Counted from the stretch's first letter, positions 44,774 to 58,182 are shown. The stretch: DNA of 64,000 nucleotides from Lama glama (GCA_028534125.1 CM052826.1:17546001-17610000); one strand, 5' to 3'. Notes: generated by a model not told the origin, from the sequence alone. Numbers and translations: made by a program.

Positions 44774-47700
44774 CTTCCTTTTATTCCTGGATCCACCTTG
44801 ACCTTTCCCCTGTCCATTCCCCTCTAGCCTTCTAAACCCTGCACACCCAACCCTGTGAACTCAGATTCTTGCCAGCAGGTCCACTTGTCCTCAGGGGTCC
44901 CTATTCCCCCAGGCCTGGGCTCTTCTCACCTGGTGGCTGGTGCAGGGACACTCAGGGACAGACAGGACCGGCAGGTGGCTTCAGTGTTGGGTGGGGCTGA
45001 AGCCAGATTCTGTGAGGGAGGGGGCTGGGGAGTAGGCGTGGGTGGCCCCTCCCTGGCCCTCCCCCCTCAGTTGCAGCCTCAGAATTTTGTTTGAAGAAGT
45101 CTCATCAGTTTGTTACCTGGGGGGATGGGGGTGGGGAATTCACCCTGTTCTCCCTTGCTCCTCCCTGTCCTTCTCAGTCAGTCACTGGCCGATCTAAGAA
45201 ATCCTGGACAGGAGCTGGGGGAGGGGGCAGGAACCCTCTTCTTACTAGCCCCAGACATACACACACACTGCTCAGTGAGGCTGGGTCACTCGTACTCACA
45301 GAGGTGCACACAGAAACACACCATAGACCCAGACACAAATTCAGCTTTCCTCAACAGCCTCCTACAACCATGGGACCCAGCAAGCAGTGCACACTGTCAT
45401 GAAGACTTCCGGAGTGACACAAGAGGCTCTTAGCCCTACTGCACCCCCCAACCAATATGCAGATATAAGGCAGATGGACCCTAACCCACCAGGCTTTCAG
45501 CTCTCAGGCACCCACCCACACAGTGCTCCAGCCATCCAGGAGGAATACAGTGGCAGGGACCCAGGAGCCCTGAATTCCTTCATGATCATACTATGTAACA
45601 AAGACACACTCAAGGCCACACAGCCAGCCAAGTACAGACCCCACCCCGACCCCAGAACTCCTTCACACAGGCAGCCACACACCGTCACGCAGAGAGGGGT
45701 AGCACACATTTATTCCCAATCTTCCCTGCACAAAAATGCACCTGTAGTCATACACCAGATGCAGGACTACCTGCACTCAGCACAACATCATACAATCCTG
45801 AGGTCAGAGCCGGGTCCTGGTGGTCCCTTAGATTTGCCAATATTGCAAAGACACATTCATACAACATCCACCCCTCCCCAAAGTCCCACAGACCCAGAGG
45901 GTCACATTCAGATGGATCATGCCATCACCCCTCAGGAAACTCACCTGCATTTATTTGCACATCAGTACATAAGACACACCCTTCCCAAAGCCCCCTCACT
46001 GCAGCTCGCAGGCACCCCCCCCCCAGTCTCAGACTCTTTCAACACTGTCATGAACAGGCAGGCTTAGGGACACAAACCTTGTCCCCACATTTGGCATGGA
46101 TACAGGACAGATGTTCTCCCTTCACAGACACACCTACAAAGGCGGCACTCTAGCCTGGCACAAGCTGTCCTCCACTCTCAACTTTGAATGCATAGCCCCG
46201 TGTGGCAAGGGGTGGAGGCTCAGGGTTCCAGCCCCAAGAGGGATGTCCTGGGGTGCCCCTGAACCTCTCAAGTCCACCCCAGCACCAGGAGTGCACATGG
46301 CTCTGCTCGACCCCACCCCAAGGTCCGGCCAGCCAGGACGCTGTGTTCCTAACGTGGCAGGTGTCTGCCCTGCCTGGGGTAATTAGGAACCAGCCCAGGC
46401 TGGCCGTCCTCAGACCCATGTCTCCGCTGTCCAGCTGCCGGACAGCCTATAAAAGGTGAAGGGTGTTGCTCCTGGCTACGGGAACTGGGGAGAGGACAGG
46501 CTTCAAGTTGATGGGCTCCATACCTGACCAGAGGCCCCTATTGCCTTGGATGTAGCCTCATGCACTGCAACCAGCTCTCCCCTCCACCCCCATGCCCATC
46601 TCCCCTCCCCCAGCTCACAGTGTCCCCACACACTTCTGATGGCTGGACCCCTGCTGGGGCGGGGGCCGGTTGCCCGGGCTAGTTCACATGCTTAATAATT
46701 GTACCAGTGAATAATAACAAACACTCCTTGGCAGGTACGTGCCTGGGGCTGTTGTAAAGGCGTTACCTACTTCATCTCGTCGAGTCCTTTACAAGCAGGA
46801 CTGTAAGGTCCCTGCTCGTGTTATTCCACCATAGAGGTAGGGAAACTGAGGCTCAGATGACACACAGCCCATTCATGGCACAGCTGGGATTTGAACCCAG
46901 GAAGTTTGCCTTGGAGCCTGTGGTCCTAACATGGGCCACACTGCCATGTGTTTACAAACACCACCCTGACGTGGACGTGCCCACACCGGCTCACGTACAC
47001 CCGGTGGAGTGAGGGACACGTCTAGGCTCGTGACTGGGTTCCCCTCATGCGCACACCCTGGCACGCCCAGACCCTGGGTGTGCACTGTCTGAACACCACT
47101 TCCTGACTCATGCGTGTCCTCAGGTCTCCCCTTTCAACCCCCACCCCCATCCAGCTCTGGCTTGGAACTTGCAAATCCCCAAGGTCATGCCAGTACTGGG
47201 TCACTCAAGTCGGGATGACAGTGACTGTCCAGGAACTGGCAGAGCGAGGAGTGCAGGGGAGGTGGGTGGGAATGCTAGGTGTCTTTCAGGCTGGGTTGCT
47301 AACCCTTCCAGGGTCAGGTGAATTTGTGCCATGGCTCCCTGAACAGCCACACTAAGGTCTCCATTTCAGGAATAAAGAGACTGAAGCTCAGACATGCTGC
47401 AGGCCACTCAGAGATGGCTCTGGGGTCAGGACAGGACTTCAGGGCCCCTCCATCCTGAGTCTTTTGTCATCCTGCCCTCTAATCAGCTCCCTGTTGTAGC
47501 CCTGTGCTGGGAGGGGCTGATGCCATTCCATGGAACAGGAATGGGGGCGTGGAGACTGTTAATCCCCAGTCTGGCAGGCCCAGGCTCTGCCCAGGGCGCC
47601 CACTAATTCCCAAATCAAACAGCAGGCAGTGCTGGGCCCACTGCCGGCCTAATCCGCTCCCCACCAGCCTGGGGCTGGCCAAGGGGCCTCCCAGTTCCCA

Positions 47701-48131
47701 CGCTCTGAGCTTTGAAAGAAGTGGGCTGATGCCCCTCTCTTCTACTCTGGGCTTTACAGCCCCAAAGGACACCCCTATCCATGCAGAGCTAGGAAAAGGC
47801 ACCCCTCGACTGAAGAACCCTCCTTCTAAAATGCCTCTCTGGGTGTGACATCTTTGTGCAGTGTACAACCTGTGCATCTGTACATGGAGGTGCTAAGCCC
47901 CAGCCCCCTCTGTATAACATCCACAGTAGTTTAAGATCATTTTATTGAGAAGGGAGAGGCGGGGAGAGGTGGGGGGGAGCTCCCCCAGCCCCACCAGGGG
48001 GAAAAGACCCCCTCCCCGCCTCCCACCCCCCAAGTGGCTCCCCCTGTACTACGGGGGAACTCTGTGCAAACTCTGCCCCGGGAGGGTAAAGGGTGGGTAT
48101 GAATTGGCAGCGGCTGGGGCTGGTGTTGGTG

Positions 48132-51100
48132 CTACTGGGCGCTAGGGGGCTTGTAGGGCTCCAGGAGGAGAGCAGAGAAGGTGTTGACCTTGTCTGCCCC
48201 CCGAACCTCATGGGGCAGCAGTGGCAGCTTCACAATATGGAAGTCTTCGTACAGGTCCTCCATCTGCAGCCGGGGCAGAGGGCAGAAGGCAGCAGTCAGG
48301 GGGCCACAGGGAGGGCTGGGGGTCTTCCAGAGTCAGGGGGAGAGTATTAGCAAGGGCTTCACAGGGTCATAGGTAGGAGTGGTGCCAGAGAGGTCAGCGA
48401 CCACCGGGCTGGACTTCCCACTTCCCAGGGTCAGAGGTGCCCAGGCCAGGCCAGCCATAGTCTTTGAAGGCCAGAATCAGGTCTGAAGTGGGAGTGAAGG
48501 GCAGGGAGTTGGGGCAGAGAAATCAGAAGGTGGGGTGGAGCCAAAGGTCAGAGAATATAGTAAAAAGCCAGCAGCGCCTTGGCTTCCAGGGTCAGAGGTT
48601 TGAGGGCGAGCAGGAGGGTGAGTGTACGCACCTGGTCCAGGTACTTGGCCTGGATCTTGTGGCGGGCCTCACACATCTTGCAGGGTTTCTCAGGATCAGG
48701 GAAGACGAGCTGGTTGACGATGATGTTGTGTGTGTCAATCTTGCACTTGGCCAGCTCCTGGATCAGCCGCTCCGTCTCATACAGCGAGAGGAACTCGGCG
48801 ATACACACACAGATAAAGGTTGTCTGCTCCTGCAGGGTGCCGGAGAGGACAGTGAGGGGCAGGTCTCAGCCCTGTCCCCTTCCCCGGAGCCTTTCACTGC
48901 CCTCTAGGACTGCAACTCACAGGGTCCTTGAACTGCTCGCTGACGGAACGGATGACAGGCAGCGTCTCCTCTAGCTTGGAGGCCAGCTGGTCTGCATTCA
49001 TGTCTCCCAGGCCCAGCATGTTGCACATCTGTGGGGAGGATGTGTGAGGGCTCGCGGTTTACTTGTGGCCTATGACACTCCCTGCATTGGGCTCCCTGAA
49101 CACCTGGGGGACGACCCCTGACACTGCTCTGTGGTTAAAGGTGTGTGCCCTTGAGCAGAGCACAGGGGTCAAACCCTAGCTAGGCCATTTCTGTGAAACT
49201 GTGGCTAGGTAGCTTGACCTCCTAGAGCCTGTTTCCCCACATGTAGAGCTGGGGCACTCTACGACACATCATGTGCTCAGAACAGTGCCTGGCACATGCT
49301 GAGTGCTCCAGAAATGTTACTACCTGAGGCCTAAGTGGGGAGCACACGTGACCAGGGTGGTGGCAGTGGTGTACAGGAGTGTAGGGGCATCCGGGTTGTC
49401 ATGTCATGCCATTAATAATCCACGGGGGCACTTGTATGCTCTCTACTTGACAGAGAAGGCCCAGAGAGGTGAAGTGACTTGCTTGAAGTCACACAGCCAT
49501 GTCATACCAGGTGCAGAGCATATGAACCCAGGGCATCTTGCTCTGAGATACGGCCTTTCAAGCTCTGTCTGGGGCACTCAGAGGGCAGAGACAGGGACAC
49601 TGAGTGCTGTGGAGAAGGGGAGAATAGTCCCTCCCCCTCCCCTAGTGAAGATCCACCCCACCCACTGGGGAGCACTAACTGAGAAGGGTACATGGGGCAG
49701 GCCTTTGCTGCTGCACATCTAGGGAGCCGAGGGTCCATCTGACTCAAGGGACTCCTGGATGCCCTGGGGCCCTGCCTGCCTGTGAGATGAATGGGCTGAT
49801 CTGGTTCTTGATCTGCATGAGGCGGCCAAGTCCCCGCTCAACAATGGTGGGGAAGTTGAGCAGCCTTAGCGTGTGGCCCGTGGGCGCCGTGTCAAACACC
49901 ACCACTGAGAAGTTCATGCCCTTCACCAGCCTGCAGGAAGATCAGGGGAAATGATCAGGCCCGCTCTGCCCCCATCTCCCACCCCAGCCCCAGGAGGCCC
50001 GCGCCCTGCACCGGGCCTGACCTCATGACCTCTGCATAGCTCATGGCCTCATCGATGCCTGGGAAGGCGCTCATCGCTTCCTGCATCATCTTCTTGCCCA
50101 TGCTCAGCATGTTGTCTTCCTCAAAGAACTCGTCTGGCAGCTCTGCCACGCCCAGGCTGGGGTCAATCTCCTGGGGGCCAAGGGGTCAAGACTCAGGCTG
50201 CTGTGGCTGGATTCTTCCAGCCTAGGCACGGGGCCCGAGGGAGCCTGTGGAGCGCCCTGAGCACAGCCCCTCGTCAGGTCATGGCGGGGAGACTCCAAGG
50301 TGCCAAGACCCTCCCTTGGGCACTTAAGGTCTCATGTGGTGGCACCGAATGTCAAACCCTTTCACCAGCAGGTGGAAAATCGCAAACTGTATTCAGCGCC
50401 CCAGAGGGAAGCCAAAGCCCACTGTGGGGCCTTTTCACTGGCTGTTCCCTGACCTGGGCCTGTGACCTCTTCCATATCATTCCTCTAATGTGAGTCTTCC
50501 CTGACCATCCAATCTAAGAGTGCAGCCCTGGTCTCCACTGCCCTGCCTTCCTTTCTTCTTAACATCTGGCCTCTCCTCACATGGTTTACTTATCACGTTT
50601 CTTGCCTGTCTCCCTAACCAGGATGCCAGCCCCAGAAGGGCAGGGATTTTTCCATTCTTGTTCACTGCCATGTCTCCAATGCCTGCAAGTGTATGGCACA
50701 TAGTACGTCCTCCACATGGATGTAGAATCCATGAAGGGATGATCAAGCCTGGAGTCTCTGATCCATCCTGCACTCACTACCTCTCTTTCTATCTCCACCC
50801 AAGTCACCTCTTTCTGGTGACATCACTGGTCCTGTGGGAAAGCCCTCAATTCCCTGGTCTCAGAGGTCATTTCCCTGCAGAAGAATGTCTACTCATCACC
50901 ACCCCTCCCACTCACTCCCTTAATGGGTTATTCCTGGTCAGTGGGCCACCTCTGAGCTCCCACACTCCACTTCCCAACCCCAGCCTCCTCACCTCCTGTT
51001 ATTCTAAACCTCTTTGGGCCACCTCATCCCCACACCCCTGTCCTCCAGTTCACTGTCAGTGTCCCTCTTGGCTGGCACCCTTATCAAGTTCAGGCTCCAC

Positions 51101-53921
51101 AGGCTTCCTCTGTAAACACTCCCTTTTCCCTCTGTGGTTGGCAAAATCCCCAAGCTGGTCATTCCCAGATTGCTGGCACGGCTGCCCCGAGATGAATATC
51201 AGGGGAACACAGTTGACATACATCCCAAATCTGACCACCTTGCTCTCCCTTCCTGAACACTTATTTCCAAAGGGCACTTGACGAGCCGGACAATCCCCCC
51301 TGGGAGTATTTATGCCACATCTTCTTCCTCCTCAAACCCCTTCTGTCCCATCCACCCCTCACTCTTTGCTGAGGCCTCAATGAGAAAACAAAGCCACTGG
51401 CTGCCAATACCCTCGTTTCCCTCCCAGTCTCCCCACCTTTCTTCCAAGTCTCTGACCCTGGTAGAGCTCAAGTCCTGGGTCTGTATGCTGGAGAGAGCCC
51501 CCCCCCCAACCCCGGCCTGAGGCCCATCCTCTGCCCGCATCCTTACTCCCTCCTACAGCAGCACTTGTCCCTCCCAGTTGGAGCATTTGCATTGGCAAAC
51601 AAACATGCTGCAGCCTTTCCTTTCTCAGAAAAGCCCTCCTTAACCCTCATTCCCTTCTCCCTCCAGCGATGGCCTCGCTCATTTCTCAGCTCCCATCAGA
51701 GTGATCGCTGTCTCCACGTCAGCTTGTCCACTCCACGCAGGCTTTTGTCCTTGTTCCCTGGGTGATCTGCTTAAAACTGAAGTACCTGCTGAAGCTGACA
51801 ACTTTTCTGCTCTTGTCCTCCTGGAGCTTAGGAGCCCATACTCTCTGGCTTTCCTCCCACCTCACCAGGCTCCTTCACTTCACTTCCTCTTCCTCCAGTG
51901 GACCCTAAATACTGATGTGCCCCTGGGCTATTTCTTGGCCTCTCTGTTCTCTAACTCTCTCTTCCACTCACACAACTTTAAATAACACCCTTGGGTCAAC
52001 GACTCCCAAATCAATGCCAACCTCCCCTGAGCTCTAGGCTCCCATAACTAAGCCACTGTCCTGATATCTCCACTTGGATGACCAGTGTGCACCTTGGATT
52101 CACTGTGGCCAAGTGAAATTCCTAATCTTTGCCTACAGAACCTCTTTTTCTCCCAGTCTTCCCCAACTCAGGTACCCAGGGAGCCACCTAAGAGATGTAC
52201 TTACTCCATTGTTTTCCCTCACCTATCACAACCAAGCAGTCAAATTGCTTTAATTCCAAAATACATCCCAAATTTGACCACTTCTTCCCCCTCCCCACCC
52301 CAAAGTTTGGGCTGCCATTATCTCTAGCCTGGTCATTGTCCCAGTCTCCTTGCTTCTTCCATCCTTGACTTACAATTCAGTCTTGCATGGTGGCTACAGG
52401 GAACTATTTGAAAAATGAATTTGGTCATGACATTACTCTGCTTCAGACAGACAGCTTCCCATTAAACTTGGAAACAAAGCTAAACTGCTCCCAGTGCCTG
52501 CAAGGCCTTACACCATGTGGTCCTGACTGATGTTTCCCTCCCCTCCCCTTGCTCACTAAGCTCCAGTTGCTCTGGCCTCTTTTCTGCTCCACAAACATTC
52601 CTCACTCATTCCCCTGTGGGTATGTTGAAAAAGGGTTGAAAGTGGAGAGACAGAGAATGTAGCATGGGCAGGACATGGTCGCTGATGCTGGGTGTTCACA
52701 GGAAAGGGCTGAAGGTGCCTTTGCCAGAGCTGGTGTGGGGGTGAGGGGGTGGGAGGCTGAGCCCTGCTGCACTCACCATGGCAAAGAGGTTGTCATAGCC
52801 TTTGACCTTGGTAGGCACCTTGGAGAACTTCTGGTCAAATGCATCGGAGATGTTGTGGGCTGGGTCGGTGGAGATGATCAGAACACTTTCCCGCCCCTTG
52901 GACAGCTGGACTGCTAGGCTGCAGCTGGGCGAGGGAAAGGTCAAAAGGTGGAGAGTGAAGGGTCAGGCTCTGGTCCCTAGGTCTGCAAGGGGAGATGAAG
53001 TGTCCCTGAAGCAGGGGACCTGGATCAGCAAGGGTCTTGAGAGAATGGATAACTGTGGGATCAAGCCTCAATCCCTACAGAGGGACCCTCTCAGACCTCA
53101 CGTACTGACCGGTTCAACTGGCTAGAGTGATAAGGTTCAGCTGAATGTGTTGGTCTGGCCTGATTCCTGCTTCCTTGCTGGCACAAAGTGGCATGGTCCA
53201 GCTGTCCAGCCAGCATAGCTTGACCCTGTGCCCCCTCCCTCTACGCTAAGCTACGGGATCCTCTGCATCTCCTACTAAACTCGATGGTTCAGTCCACTTA
53301 TCTAGGGTAATTTGCCCCAGGGACCCCTCCCCCTCCTCCTAGATGACTGGGGTAGTCTGATCAAGTGCCCTCTTCCTCACCTTCCACCTCTTTCCCCACG
53401 TGGGCATAGAATGGCAAGGTTCATTAGACTAGGATAGTTTGCCCCGGTGCCCCTCCCTCTATTCTGAGCTCACCCTGCTACAGTCCACCTGACTGGGACA
53501 TCTAAGTGCTCTACCGGCTGCTGTGCGCTGGCTCCAGTGTGGTTCAGCCCTAGAGTCCCAACAGGGATGGTCCACCTGAGGGTGCCGGGCCTGCATTCAG
53601 GAGGTATCTTCCATTTCCAGGTAACTTCCAGAGAGTACAACCCGGAAGATCCCGGCCCAGCCTTCTTGCCCGGCTGGTGCGGGAAGACCCGGTCCTTGGC
53701 CTCCCCTTCGCCCGGTGGTACATCCCACCCGTTTCCTAGCTCCCGCCGCAATCTCCTTACCTACAGGTGGTCTTGCCAACGCCACCCTTGCCCCCGACGA
53801 ATATCCATTTAAGGCTGCGCTGCTCGATGATGTTGCTAAGCGTGGGCTCCAGCGGCTCCACATCAGGTGCATCCTCGAACTCCTCTGCCTCAACCCCCCA
53901 CCCGGCCACCCCAGCCGCCAT
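48132..53921 (-). CDS. GET3: ATPase GET3 (ASNA1/TRC40), 7 exons, 348 aa
   Basis: Exons: 53921-53761, 52924-52777, 50170-50022, 49930-49780, 49028-48921, 48829-48632, 48263-48132, totalling 1047 nt. Motifs are the deviant Walker [25 protein letters not shown] and the Zn site CKMC. AATAAA lies at 47941-47946 (minus). Intron 4 has a GC donor. Confidence 0.98.
50480..52620 (+). mobile_element. Extended L2-derived sequence in GET3 intron 2
   Basis: Pyrimidine-rich L2 sense segments such as gactcccaaat and atctccacttggatg. Confidence 0.55.
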
Positions 53922-55481
53922 CTTGGAACCGGCTCACGTGATCAAGCGGAGCGCACCATGCAGAGCACCTACAGGGGAAATTTCCTATCACAAACCCATC
54001 AAGACTAGAAGCTTGAATTAATTTTCTCAAGGTCTAATTTTTAGGAGCTATTAGATGCTATATTTCCAATGTCCTCCCCTTCCAAGGTTCACCTTATCAG
54101 CCTCTTGTCTTTATTTTTTCAAAGACTCCCCCTGCCTAATTAACATATTGGTACGCCCCAGGTTACTCCCCTTCACGGATTGGGCCCTAACTCTCGCAGC
54201 ACTCCTTTCATTGGCTACATCTTTTCTTACTTTCACCAATCACTCTCACGTCCTGGTAGCCGCCAATCTTCCCTTAGCAACCGGCCAAACACCCGTTCCA
54301 TGCCCTTTCCAAGAAGTTAGATCTGAGGTCCACCCTGACCTGACTACATAGGCTCAACTTCATGTCCATCATTTTCCCCCCTATTCTCCAAATTGGGTCC
54401 CTACACCGCCTCCAGGCCCGTCTCTTCTGTTATCCAATTGGCTGGAAGCCACTGGGCCCCTGACGCAAACCAATCATAAGCGAACCAATCAGTTGACTAG
54501 AGACAGACAGGTCCTGGGTCTGTAAGTGGGTTAGAGGAAGACCGACTCCAGTGTGGGCCAGGTCTGCAGATCCTTATCCGGTGAGCCCTGAGCCCCCATG
54601 CAGGGCAGGTCAGGGCAGGTCATGGCAGGGACAAATGTAACTGCGCTCCTTGTCGTAGAAAAGGTTCTATTCCCGAAAAACTCCTTCCACTTTGCTCCCT
54701 GTTAGAGCGGAGACTCGAGTTCAGCCAGCTCCCTGTTTGAACCTCTGCCCTGCGCAGGAATACATGCTGGGTCCCAGGCCCTTGGCGGACTTTAGATGGC
54801 GACTCCAGCCTAGAATTATCTCTGGCCTCTAGTACATAAAGTAATACCCTGATTTTCCAGATGGGAATCCCAGCTCCATAGATCCACATGTGTTTTCATT
54901 CCCAAGTGAAAGCTCCATCCCAGAGACAGGTACCCAACCCAGAGACACCCTCATTTTTATTCTAAGGGCCCAGGGGAGATATGCCCTTGAGCTTTAGTTA
55001 AGGACCTAGGTTCCGAGGTGTCAGGTGAACCCAAAGCCTCAGACAGAGTCGTTCCCCTTACTGAGATTATCCCTGGTGCCAGAAGGGGATTCTATCCCTT
55101 AAAAGCTAATACCCACCCAGTCCCAAGAGGGAACCTCACTTCGAGAGGCAGCTACCGCCTCAGGGCCAGACGACAGTCTCGTTCCGGTGGAGACCATGTC
55201 TGCGTAACGCTTGCGGGTGTCTGGCTGGGTTATAAAAACCCGCGGGGCGGGGCGGAGCCGGGCGCGGCGGGACTGGGCGGGGCGGGGCGTCTGCCAGCTT
55301 GCGCGCAACGTCAGGCTTTACTCCTCATTCGCCCGGTCCCTCGAGCCCCGCCCCCACTGCGGACGCTTGAGGGCCAGACGGGTCTTCCCAGCATGCGTTG
55401 CTCGGGACGAGGCAAGTCAGGAGCCAAGCGCGGGGCTGGAGCGGCCTTCCCGGAGTCCTTTGCGCGGTACCTGGCGACAAA
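53922..55481. promoter_or_regulatory. Divergent GET3/TRIR promoter region
   Basis: The two ATGs are head-to-head and about 1.56 kb apart. Elements: TCACGTGA at 53934-53941, multiple CCAAT boxes at 54147-54489, TATAAAAA at about 55231 followed by GC boxes. YY1-like AA(G/A)ATGGC motifs overlap both start codons. Confidence 0.7.
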
Positions 55482-58182
55482 ATGGCTGCCCGAGGGAGAC
55501 GGGCGGAGCCTCCGAGCCGGGAGGCGCCAGGCACCGCGGGCGGCGGCGGCGGCGGGAGCCGATGGGCTGAATCGGGGCCTGGGACGTCGCCTGAGAGTGG
55601 GGATGATGAAGTGTCGGGCGCAGGTTCGAGCCCGGTGTCGGGTGGCGTAAACTTGTTTGCCAACGACGGCAGCTTCCTGGAGCTGTTCAAGCGGAAGATG
55701 GAGGAGGAGCAGCGGCAGCGGCAGGAGGAGCCGCCCCCGGGCCCGCAGCGACCCGACCAGCCGGCCACCGCCGCCGCCGCGGGTCCCGGGGATCCGAAGA
55801 GGAAGGGCGGCCCGGGCCCCACGCTCAGCTTCGTAAGGAGCCGCGGGGGTGGGGGCGGGCGCCAGGGCATTCCTTGGCAGGGGGAATCGGGCTCGAGAAA
55901 GGGGATCGGGATCCAGGTCCACCCTCTGGCCCCGATGAGGGGGCCGTCCGGGTCACCCGCTGAGGATGTGGAACCTGGATTCCCGACGAGAGAGGTCTTG
56001 GGGCAGAGGTGGGGACCCCCGGAGCCTGTCTGGGAGAACTAGGAGCTGGGGGGAATTCCACTGAAACAGCGCTCCGGGGGTGGGGAAACCAGGATGCAAG
56101 GATTCCTGTTTGAACTTTGGATGTTGGGATCATTTCCCACTATGGGGACGGGGGACAAATTAAAGTCTGGAGTGTGTCTGAGCTGTGTGGATGAGAGACT
56201 TGGGGTGCTTACTCTGTAACCCTAGACTTACTTGACTTCCCTGAGTCTCATTCGTCTAGTGTCCATTTATTGAGCACTTTACCTCGTGCTGGGCACTGTG
56301 CTAGGTGATGGATATGCCTTGTTGAACACGACAGACATCGCTGCTTTCCTGGAGCGTCTGAGCTGGCCTAACCTCATTTTCCCTGCTTGCAAAAATAGAC
56401 ATCATCGCATCTTCTGATGTGATTAGCACCAGGCCTGTCTTATAGGAAGGGCTAAACTAGTTGTTCTCAATAGGAGACGATTCCCCCCACCCTATCCCCA
56501 CATTTGGCAAAATCTGGAGACATTTTTGGTTGTCAGAACTGGGGGAGGGGGTGCTACTGACATTTATAAGTAGAGGACAGGGATGCTGCTCATCGTCCTA
56601 CAATGCCCAGAACAACCCTCCCCTGCCTCCCCAATGAAAAGGACGCAGTTGAGAATGTCATTACTATGAAACTGAGAAATTCTAGGCTAAAGAAGTGGCA
56701 CATATATTGATTGTCACCTCTGAGCTTGCTTTGTCTCTGGTGTTGGGAGCAAGTTCCTGTGGTGTGGAGAAAAAAAGTGTTGACCTGAGAATAACGGACT
56801 GGGGGTGGAGTTTCTTCATGTGTCAAAAATGAATGTGCAAATAGTCCTAGCAGGTCACTTAATGCCTGGTTGGGGTGGAGATGGGACGTCTGTAAAGCCT
56901 GTTGCAGTCCCTGGGGCACAAGAAACCTTCTGTCTATAGGAGAAAATAGAGGACCAGGATGAAAGTTCAGAGTTTGACTTCTGTTTGAGGAAGGGGAAGT
57001 GGCAGGACCTGGGCTAGTATGAGAACTGCGTGGAGGCCGAGTGCCCCTCTATGAGTGGGAACAGCAGTCGTTGTCACTGACTTTTTTGTTTGTTCATTGA
57101 GGGCCCATAGCGAAAGCACCCTCGAAGAGGCCAGGTTAGGTGTAGGGGAACAGTGTCGCTTGGTGGTTAAGAATTCTGCTCTGTGGCTTAGACACACCTG
57201 ACCCTGAATTCAGCTCCATTGTTTGCTGTCAGCGTGATCCAGGGTGCAGGCTTCTTCTCAAAGATGTTACCTCGTCTGTACAACGGGGAGAGTTGTAACC
57301 TTCCTTCATCATAAGGTAACTGAAAGTGAAAGGGGAAAGCAAAGCACTTGGCACAGGGCTTAGCATACAGTAAGTGCTCAATAAAGGAAGCTCTTGCTGC
57401 CTGTGTGGTCCATACTAGGGGGGAGTGAGGACAGAGTTCGTCCCCACCAAAGTGGGGATTCTTCTCGCTCCCTGGGAGGGCAGCGCTGGGGCTCAGGACT
57501 GCCTGGGCATCATGGGCCCAGGGNNNNNNNNNNNNNNNNNNNNNNNNNNNNNNNNNNNNNNNNNNNNNNNNNNNNNNNNNNNNNNNNNNNNNNNNNNNNN
57601 NNNNNNNNNNNNNNNNNNNNNNNNNNNNNNNNNNNNNNNNNNNNNNNNNNNNNNNNNNNNNNNNNNNNNNNNNNNNNNNNNNNNNNNNNNNNNNNNNNNN
57701 NNNNNNNNNNNNNNNNNNNNNNNNNNNNNNNNNNNNNNNNNNNNNNNNNNNNNNNNNNNNNNNNNNNNNNNNNNNNNNNNNNNNNNNNNNNNNNNNNNNG
57801 GGGGCTGCCCACATTGCCTTTTCCCTCCAGCCTCAGCGCCTGGCCGAGGTTCCCTGTCCCTCCCTCTTCAGTATCTGGGCCTTGTGTGGGTGTACTTGGT
57901 GGGTGAGGAGGGCGTTCAACAAAGTCCCCAGATAACTTGACTGCATATCTTTACTCAGACCTTTGGGGTGATACTGTGGGTGGGTCAGCTGTCTCAGGAC
58001 ATTCCTGACCCTGGTTCCTGGCCTCCCTGGCATCCCCTTCCCAACCCACTGTGTGTCTCCCCTCCCCACTACAGGTATTAACAAGTAAAGGTGATGCATG
58101 GGCCAAGTACATGGCAGAGGTGAAAAAGTACAAAGCCCACCAGTGCGGCGATGATGATAAAACTCGGCCCCTGGTGAAATGA
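55482..58182 (+). CDS. TRIR: Telomerase RNA component-interacting RNase (C19orf43); middle exon in assembly gap
   Basis: Exon 1, 55482-55832, encodes MAARGRRAEPP...VNLFANDGSFLELFKRKMEEEQ...PTLSF and ends at a gtaagg donor. The last exon, 58075-58182, encodes VLTSKGDAWAKYMAEVKKYKAHQCGDDDKTRPLVK*. The expected middle exon is not visible outside the N run. AGTAAA lies at 58475-58480. Confidence 0.93.
56459..56680. mobile_element. MER20 (hAT-Charlie DNA transposon)
   Basis: Matches the MER20 pattern: agttgttctcaa...catttggcaaaatctggagacatttttggttgtca...gtagaggacagggatgctgct...cctacaatgc. Confidence 0.8.
57150..57390 (+). mobile_element. MIR SINE (other MIR remnants near 9700, 20960, 24320, 46730, 49130, 49430, 60660)
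   Basis: gtggttaagaattctgctctg...aaagcacttggcacagggcttagcatacagtaagtgctcaataaa. Confidence 0.7.
57524..57799. other. Assembly gap (276 N)
   Basis: Run of N characters. Confidence 1.

Noticed and set aside
53942-53959. 5-codon uORF (MVRSA*) upstream of GET3
   Set aside because: It may lie upstream of the TSS, and its inclusion in the mRNA cannot be shown from sequence alone.
57188-57940. ORFs spanning the N run
   Set aside because: They are artefacts of translating through the gap.
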